From Octopus sinensis (taxonomy: Eukaryota), in NCBI RefSeq assembly GCF_006345805.1, contig NC_043001.1, positions 70,990,001 through 71,054,000 of the forward strand: 64,000 nucleotides of DNA. The letters run 5' to 3'. A model generated the notes under the pieces. That model searched no databases. It was not told where the DNA came from and was given only the letters and a program-made list of their open reading frames with translations. Positions within the stretch are counted from its first letter, which is position 1, and every line of letters begins with the position of its first letter. The translations under genes were made by a program, and so were the position numbers. This document shows, one piece after another, positions 53,901-64,000 of the stretch.

Positions 53901-54588
53901 GAAAGAGACACCTTACTTGATTTTGCTTAGAGGAGCAGTTTGTCCGTTCCTCCTGTTCGATTGGGGTATCTTCACCCGCAAACTACCAAGTATCCTCTTG
54001 GTAATGATCCCTCGGAACATTTTGCAAATGTTCCCTCGACTTTCTGCAAATGCCAAGTTCTGCAAAAACAATTACCCAACATGTTTTGGAGGGTCAGATA
54101 AATTCATACCTTGTTTTTCTTTGGCAGGAGTAGAGCTGCTTTTTTTCTTTCCATTCATTTCAATCGTGTCCAATGTCACTTGAATTAGTACGAAAGCTAT
54201 ACTATCGTAGTACTTTATCTTTTTATTTTGTTATTATTATAAAAGCGCCAAGAAGAAAGAAAAGAAAAAAACAAACAACATATTTATCTGTCAATCCCCA
54301 AAATAATACTGGTTAGAGACAAGAGAAAAATCCCTTCAGTTGCTGTAGCATGTACCTCGGTTCTAAAGTTATTACTCATAGTTTCAACTTTTCGGTAAGA
54401 ATACCAGTACAAGTATAAAACTATTAACAGACTCACTAACTCAACCAGAAATAATGTAGCAAAGGGCTGACTATTCAAAGTTGCATTTAAATCCCGCAGG
54501 AATTGTTGTAATTCTCTGCCCCGCATTGTTCTATGTTAAAAGTCAGACATTTCAAGGCATTGGCATGATGTGCCAGCGTGTATACACA

Positions 54589-54625
<37 letters not shown>

Positions 54626-55949
54626 ACACTCTCTCTCTCACTCTCTCTCTCTCACACACACATATATATATATATATGTTTGTCATCTACAATTTACAAT
54701 CTGAGATTATGATCGACCACCATCAAATTTCCCTTTAGTTTTCCCAAGGTGGAGTTAATACTGCAGAATTAGTAATATAATCATATCGGCAATTATCTTC
54801 CTCTATGAACATTTGTCTTTAAACTGTTTAATTGAACTAATTCATAAAGTATCACCCTAATTGCTTAGAATTATATACCCTGTTGAAATGCCTTCCGTGT
54901 ATTAATTGCCTTTCATCTGACCGAAAATGATTAGATTATTACCACTAATATACTCTGGTAGATTATTTCAATTATTCATAGCCAAAAGGGTGTAATGTAT
55001 TTACTTTAATGAGAATACCGTAAACTAACAATTAAAAGCCCACAGCTTGTGCTATGCAAGTGATTATTTGCATGTTTCGAAATCCCGTAAATAAAATCTC
55101 GATTCCACTGCGCAGCAGTTTTGGATATTGATCAAAGCCGTTAGATGCAAACGGACCTTGTGCGTGAAAATAGGTTCATGTAGCCTGCTCCAAAATTTGT
55201 ACAATGAATGTTTGAAGACAGTAGATTAACCTCAACACACACTATTATAAACACCAACCCAAACCCTAGGAATGTTCATTGAAATGAGAGCATTCAGGAT
55301 AAGCTTTTGATGAAAAGAATAGGGGGATCGTCCTACTTTAATTTGACCGACAGTAAGCAACTGCAGAAAAGCAAAAATTCAGACTTCTGTTCTAAATGCA
55401 TTTTACATTACGTATTGCGTTTGGAGCAATTGCAAACTTTACAGAAATAAACTGATTTACTCTATCTTGTAGAGAATGTGGACCTGACAAAAAATAACTC
55501 ATTTATTTACTGGAACCAACGAAAGGGATGCAACAGCGGAGAATTTCTTGAGTGGTACTCATCTAACTATTTGTTAAAGAGTGTGTTAATTGTCACTCTT
55601 GAGCGACTTTTGTGACCTCCTACTAGTTCAAAGTAACAAGAAGCAGCCGGCGCGGTTGAATAGTTAAAAAGAACGCTTAAAGTTTCGAATTCAGTTCCTT
55701 AGGTAAGTGACTGTGTGGAACCTCTTCATTTTTATTTGCCCAACCTGCAGCGCTTGTCCACTGGTGTTGATTGGTTACGTCCAACTAATTTAGCGCTTCA
55801 GTAAAAGTGCTTCATCCAATAAGAACCAGACGTATAAAAATAGGTATTGGCGTCGATTTGTTCGGCTAAACATTTCAGGGTAGTATCTCTAACATGGCCG
55901 TAATCCGTTGACGGATACAAGTAAAAGCACTAGCTATCTAGAGTGGATA

Positions 55950-56950
55950 AAATTATCCGAGATTTCTGGACAGGTTCTCTCCAGCAGTCCTTGTCCCTCA
56001 TCATCGCTGCCATACCTTTCTTCTCCCAGGGCATCAACATATGTCATCCTCTGTCCTCTCTTCTAGTGTGTCTATGTAGGGTCTCCTACAGGAGCACTGA
56101 ATGCAGTATCAACTCTAAATGTCAGGGAGCATATCCAGCTAACCTCAGTCCCCTCTGTGTTATTTTTGAGCTAACGTTTGGGAAGCTCTCATAGAGCTCT
56201 GAGTTTTTCATCTTCAGTGTATACTGATTAATGTTCAGATCCCTCTTCAGCATTCTCATGTAGCATCCATCAACCACCTGAATGAGTTCTTTGGTCAGTG
56301 TCCAAGACTCAGGCTCGTACAACAGCACAAACTCCACTGCAGTAACGAAGAGACGAATCTTCAAACTGTGGCATGCCGCCCAGGCTTTGCCCTTCCTTTC
56401 AACTATATCACCATCTGTGTTCCCAATCTTTGCTCCCAGATACAGGAAGTTCTCAACCAACTCTAGTGGCTTTCCGCCTTCACTGGCTTCTTAATGTTCA
56501 CTACCAGATACTTCTGCTTAACCTCATTCCTTTTCAGCCACACTCACATCGACACAGTCTCCAAGGCCTGCATCTACTCCTCTGCTCCCCTCGCTGTTTG
56601 TCACCAGAACTATATCATCATCAAGTTCAGCATCTGATATCATTTTGGACTTAACACTCCAGCGCGACAGTACAGCCAGAGTCCTGATGTTTCTCCAACG
56701 CATGACGCATACAATAGTCCACTACGGTAACAACATGTTAGGAAGCCAATGTATCTCCCTGGATCTCTCCAGCCAGTATCTCAAAGAACTCCGTCATCCC
56801 GTCAGATGTAATGATTTCGGCTCTGGTGATGGTGTAGAACAGCGATATCAGGACCACTATCTTCTTGGGGGTTCCATTAGCCTGAAAATTTTTCATTAGC
56901 CATGGACTGTCCACAGAACCAAAGGCCTTCCTAAAGTCAATGATACAAAA
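55950..56950 (-). pseudogene. RTE-like LINE reverse transcriptase remnant
   Basis: IDFRKAFGSV; ENFLYLG...RKGKAWAACHSL; VLLYEPESWTLT. Confidence 0.82.
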
Positions 56951-57146
56951 TATAATAATGTATTAATTTTCATTTATGTTTGTTCTGTCAAAATTGTATC
57001 ATGTATATGTGTATGTGTGTATTTGTGTGTGCATGTAGGGGTTTGTGTGTATATATATATATATATTTCTTTACTACCCACAAGGGGCTAAACATAGAGG
57101 GGACAAACAAGGACAGACAAAGGGACTAAGTCGATTACATCGACCT

Positions 57147-57192
<46 letters not shown>

Positions 57193-57224
57193 GTATGTAT
57201 ATATGTATAAATATATATGTATGT

Positions 57225-57930
57225 ATTGGATCATCCCATACATAATGCGGTTTTTCATACCATCAACTAAAAGTTGGGATGAGGGAACGTGAAAAACTAC
57301 CTGCATCAACTTTCTATAGAAGCAGATAATAATTTCTTCTTTGTAACTTATACTTAGTGCAAGTTTTGAAGAGTGCAGTTCGATTTTAACAGTTATTTTA
57401 TCAAAGCTATAATAGGAGTGAGAAAGGAGCACATTCGGCATATTTTGCCTTATGAGTTCAATAAAGGCAACAACACAAAGGAAAGTGCAAGGAATATTTA
57501 TGAAGTATATGGGGATTGGACAATAAGCGTAAGCAAGTGATAACTGTGGTTCCAGGAATTCCGAGCTGGAAACTACAGCCCAGAAGGCGAATCTCATCGT
57601 GGAGTATATAAAGAGTTCGACGAGGAAGCCCTGCAAATCCTGATGGAACAAAATTGCATCGCAACTGTTGAGGAACTAGCAGAGAAGCTTGGATTTGGTC
57701 ATTCAACCAGTCATAGGCACCTGCGTGCCATCGAAAAAATCAGCAAATTGGTCCAATGGGATCCTCACAAAATTTCCGATTCTAATACCGCGCAGAGAAT
57801 GAATGTGTGCTTTACTTTACTGTCACGTTACAGGAATGAACCATTTTTGGATCGAATAGTGACTAATGACGAGAAATATTAGCTTCTGTATAAAAATCTC
57901 AAGCACCGAAGACAGTGGGCAGGGAAAGGA
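57225..57930 (+). pseudogene. Mariner transposase 5' half (second family)
   Basis: KEHIRHIL..EFNKGNN; TVEELAEKLG...QWDPHKI...IVTNDEKY. Confidence 0.85.
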
Positions 57931-58067
57931 GAAGTATAAAAAAACAATATTATTTATGAGATGACCTATATATATAAACATATATATATATATATATATA
58001 TTAAACTAATACATCTGTTTGTTGTCTACACCACTTGTCTTCGTCTTTTGTTTTTTTGTGAATTCTG

Positions 58068-58122
<55 letters not shown>

Positions 58123-58164
58123 TTATATTTCATAAATACACATTGTTGTTTCTGATTTTGTCGA

Positions 58165-58880
58165 CTACACAGTATAGTAGGGTCATTTGGGCACCATCTG
58201 TGAGGAAGCAGCACCATGACACAATTCACTCTTCCAGAAATTTGGAGACGACATGCGGTACTGTTTGGCATTCAGGCCAGAAGCCCCCATACGAGCAAAT
58301 GATGAACACACAGAACAACCATTGGCTTGCCGTGTCCCCAAAACATGTACCGATAGTGATAAAAATCAAACACCCAGTCAACATCATGGTGTTTGAAGTG
58401 ATCACTTCTGATAACGAAGTTATGACTCCATTCCTCTTTCAACACGGCCTCAGGAGATAGTAATGCCCAAGGTCAAGAGGGTGGATGCTGGAAGACTGTG
58501 TCTGAAAACAGGACTCTGCACAATGCTACACAAGCATAACAACCCAGTCATGGCTATCAAACAATTTCTGCGACTACATCACCTATAAAATCTGGCGACC
58601 TAAGTCCCCAACCTGCAACCTCTTGATTATTATGTGTGGGTCACAGTTGAGTGAGAGACCAACAAGGTCTCTTGTAACACCAAAGATGAACTGAAGGCAA
58701 GGATTATGGCAGCATTCACCAACTTAAACAAGGAGACTGCTCAAGAGAGTTGCAGGCGATTTCCAAGGGTGTGGTTGAAGCCAATAGGGATTTTATTGAA
58801 TGTAGTCTTCAGTATTTCAAGATACTTTTATATAATTTTGGTAAATATATCTGTTAAAATGAAATGTCAGTGGAATTTTC
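58165..58880 (+). pseudogene. Tc1/maT-like transposase remnant (duplicate at ~62215-62940)
   Basis: KHPVNIMVFEVITSD; W.QDSA; IWRPKSPTC.LLDYYVW (WPP.SPD.NPLDYYVW-like). Confidence 0.75.
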
Positions 58881-59073
58881 ATTTTTGCGCAATGTAGATA
58901 ACAATATATTCATATATTCATATGTGTGCGTGTGTGTGTGTGTGTGTGTCCGTGTGTGTGTGTGTGTGTGCGTGTGTGTGAACGATGCTTCAAATAATCC
59001 ATGTTCGTGCAATGTATACGACAATATATTCACCGCATCTTATATAAATATATATATATATATATGAAAAATG

Positions 59074-59425
59074 CATTAAATACTACAAAACGTACACATA
59101 AGACAGACACAAGGACACTAATTCTTCATCAGTTATCGACCAAATATACAAATACCCAGTTTCGTACCTTTAACGATAAGACTGGGAACTTCGTATATCG
59201 TTGGCACCCGCAAGATTTGCGTAGAATTTGAGCTCGAACAAACAAAGCACATTAAATACTACAATACCTGCACGTAGGACAGACACAGGGACCCCCAATG
59301 CTTCATCAGTGATCGACCAAAAATGCTAATACCTAGTTTCATGCCTTTAACGATAAGATCGGGAACTACATATATAAGCGACACCCGCAAGATCTGCGTA
59401 AAAATAAAATCTCAGGCAAACAAAA
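59074..59425. repeat. Diverged 176-bp tandem dimer (duplicate at ~63150-63500)
   Basis: cattaaatactacaa at 59074 and 59250; shared cttcatcag, tttaacgataaga and cacccgcaagat blocks. Confidence 0.85.
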
Positions 59426-59900
59426 CAACACAAGGTGAACGTACGAAAGTAAGGAAATGTAACTTGAAACGATATATATATATATGCGTATGTGTATAAC
59501 TATGTATTACCTATATGTGTGTGAGTGCGTGTATATGTGTATGTTTGTATGTAAATATATGCATATACACCAATATATAGTTATATCGCAGTTCATATAC
59601 CTACTAAATTATTATTTGACTTAAATATCATGTTTTGTAGCTGTTTGAGCACATAAAAAGTATTGCATATGTTTAAACTTGTTGAATATATTAAAGGTGA
59701 AAATACCATACAAAAGTCACATAAAATCTTGTTTTAATATTTTCCATACTTATAAACGTATAATATCAATATAAAAATTTGACATGAGAGAAGGAAATGT
59801 ATGACAAGACGATTTTAGTGTCAAAATGATTGACGACACACATGCATGCATACTCACAGCCACACCACAAACACACACACACATGCATATGAATACACAC

Positions 59901-59933
<33 letters not shown>

Positions 59934-60039
59934 TAAGCATACGCATTTCTATATGTGCATATATATACAGAACCATATATCCATACGTGTACATATCCCA
60001 TATATATATACATACATACATATATATATATATAATATA

Positions 60040-60088
<49 letters not shown>

Positions 60089-61299
60089 TATATATATATA
60101 TATGACTGATGTGCATGCAATTTTATGTATATGAACTAAATTATATTTCATATAGAATACAGTGTTTTATAGCTGTGAGATTACGTAAAAAATAATCACA
60201 TATCGTGAAATGTATTAAGCAGCTGAAAGGAATAATACCTACATATATGTTTTCATAACTCATCTTTTCTTATGCATCGTGCTTAAGTAGTTAAAATATC
60301 TTTATATAAAAGCTTATACATGAAAATGCTCATATATTTGAAAGTTGATTTTACATAAAATTGAGATTCACCAATAACTAAATTATTTGTCAAAATAGGT
60401 TATAGTTCATCAAATTGAATGTTATCTAAAGAGATTACGAAGAGATAGATTACATAGTGGCTTAGGCCAAAAACATTGCCAGCCATAATGGATGGAATGG
60501 CGAAAAGGTTAGAGCATTCTGCACATGTCTTGAAATATTTGACCCTGCTCTTTGAGTTATAAGTTCAAATCTAACCTTGGTTTACTTGCGTGGTAGAATT
60601 TTGCTGCCATTGTTAGGTGCGCTTGGCAAAGTTAATTTTGTAACAAGTAGTCAGACCAGGTGTACAATTTGAAATACACCTCCCTTCCCAATTTCCCTGT
60701 AACGGGTCATATGCACTGCCTTCCTTCCTGACGAAAAGACCACAAAAGGTGGGTCATATTTTTGGCTAGTAATAATTTCGAAATTATTTCCATTATATAT
60801 TTTGGTGAGTGATGCAATAGGTATGAAAACAGGAATAAACTTATTATATAAACTCTTATATAAAATCCTTTAGATATGGTTCCACTTACATAGTAACAAT
60901 ATCTTTACACACATTTGAACAGTAATAAAGTATTTCGCAGCTATTGTTTTATTATAGGGATATAAATACTGAAAAACTAAAAATGCAAACAGATGATAAT
61001 ATAGCTCTATAACATAAGATACAAACACTTTAAATGTAAAGACAAGTACAAATGAAGAACTTAATTCTTATGGGATATTTATGATTAAATACTGGATAGA
61101 AAGACAGTTACCTAGTAATAAAATTAATGAATTCTAAATATTTCGAAGTTGTATACACTCGGTGTCTAGAAGACAGCAGCGGTCCAATTTATGATTTGCA
61201 GAAAATATGACTTCATGAGTTTTGGAGCTACGATTCTGCAATCATTATCTATTGCAATGGTTTCAAACTTTGGTATAAAACCAGCAAGTTCGGGTAAGT

Positions 61300-61505
61300 G
61301 AATTACATCGACCCCGACACTCAACGAATGAATTTAACAATATAGATTACATCATGCCAGTGCTCAACTGGTACTTCTTTTATCGACCCTAAAAGGATAA
61401 AAGGCAAAGTTGACCTCGGTGGTATTTGAACTGAGAAAGTAAAGGCGGACAAAATAGCGCTAAGCATTTTGCTCAGGTGCTAACGACTCTACCAGCTCGC
61501 CAGCT
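61300..61505 (-). mobile_element. Degenerate SINE (family of 50916-51330)
   Basis: tcgaccctaaaaggataaaaggcaaagttgacctcgg...ctaagcatttt...gctcgcc. Confidence 0.75.
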
Positions 61506-61639
61506 TGATAATTTGTTATAGTGATATGATTTATAGCTTCAAAGAATTTTGCTAGATATATAACATTTTAGAAGATATAATTGACAAACATGTGTCGCAA
61601 TGATGTAATGGTTTCTTATTTTGGCTATTAAAACAGTAT

Positions 61640-64000
<2,361 letters not shown>

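Larger units (their letters stand above)
57668..59930 (+). repeat. Copy A of a recent direct duplication
   Basis: Near-identical to 61640-64000, differing mainly in microsatellite length. Confidence 0.95.

Overview
AT-rich, microsatellite-dense eukaryotic DNA. The tRNA-derived SINEs and repeat spectrum resemble octopus/cephalopod genomes (pattern recognition, not a database match). I found no convincing host protein-coding exon, rRNA, true tRNA or CRISPR array. The window is mostly a transposon graveyard: three Tx1/L1-clade LINEs (one with an open ~696-codon RT frame), R2/R4-type and RTE-type LINE fragments, several Penelope-like element (PLE) remnants, two near-full-length mariner copies plus mariner, Tc1/maT and pogo remnants, a Helitron helicase fragment, many SINEs and a recent duplication of at least 2.3 kb at the right end. 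The standout is 38125-39695: a near-identical 480/481-bp unit repeated 1.85 times in one orientation and 1.42 times in the other, back-to-back, inside an (AT)n tract. Each complete unit carries a minimal type I hammerhead ribozyme (stem I AGUUCUG/CAGAACU, CUGAGGA, GUAA-capped stem II, GAAA, near-palindromic stem III, AUA cleavage triplet). This looks like a retrozyme or PLE-mobilised circular-RNA element, possibly inserted by two opposing, more-than-one-round reverse transcription events. Several decayed hammerhead-like motifs lie next to PLE remnants elsewhere in the window.
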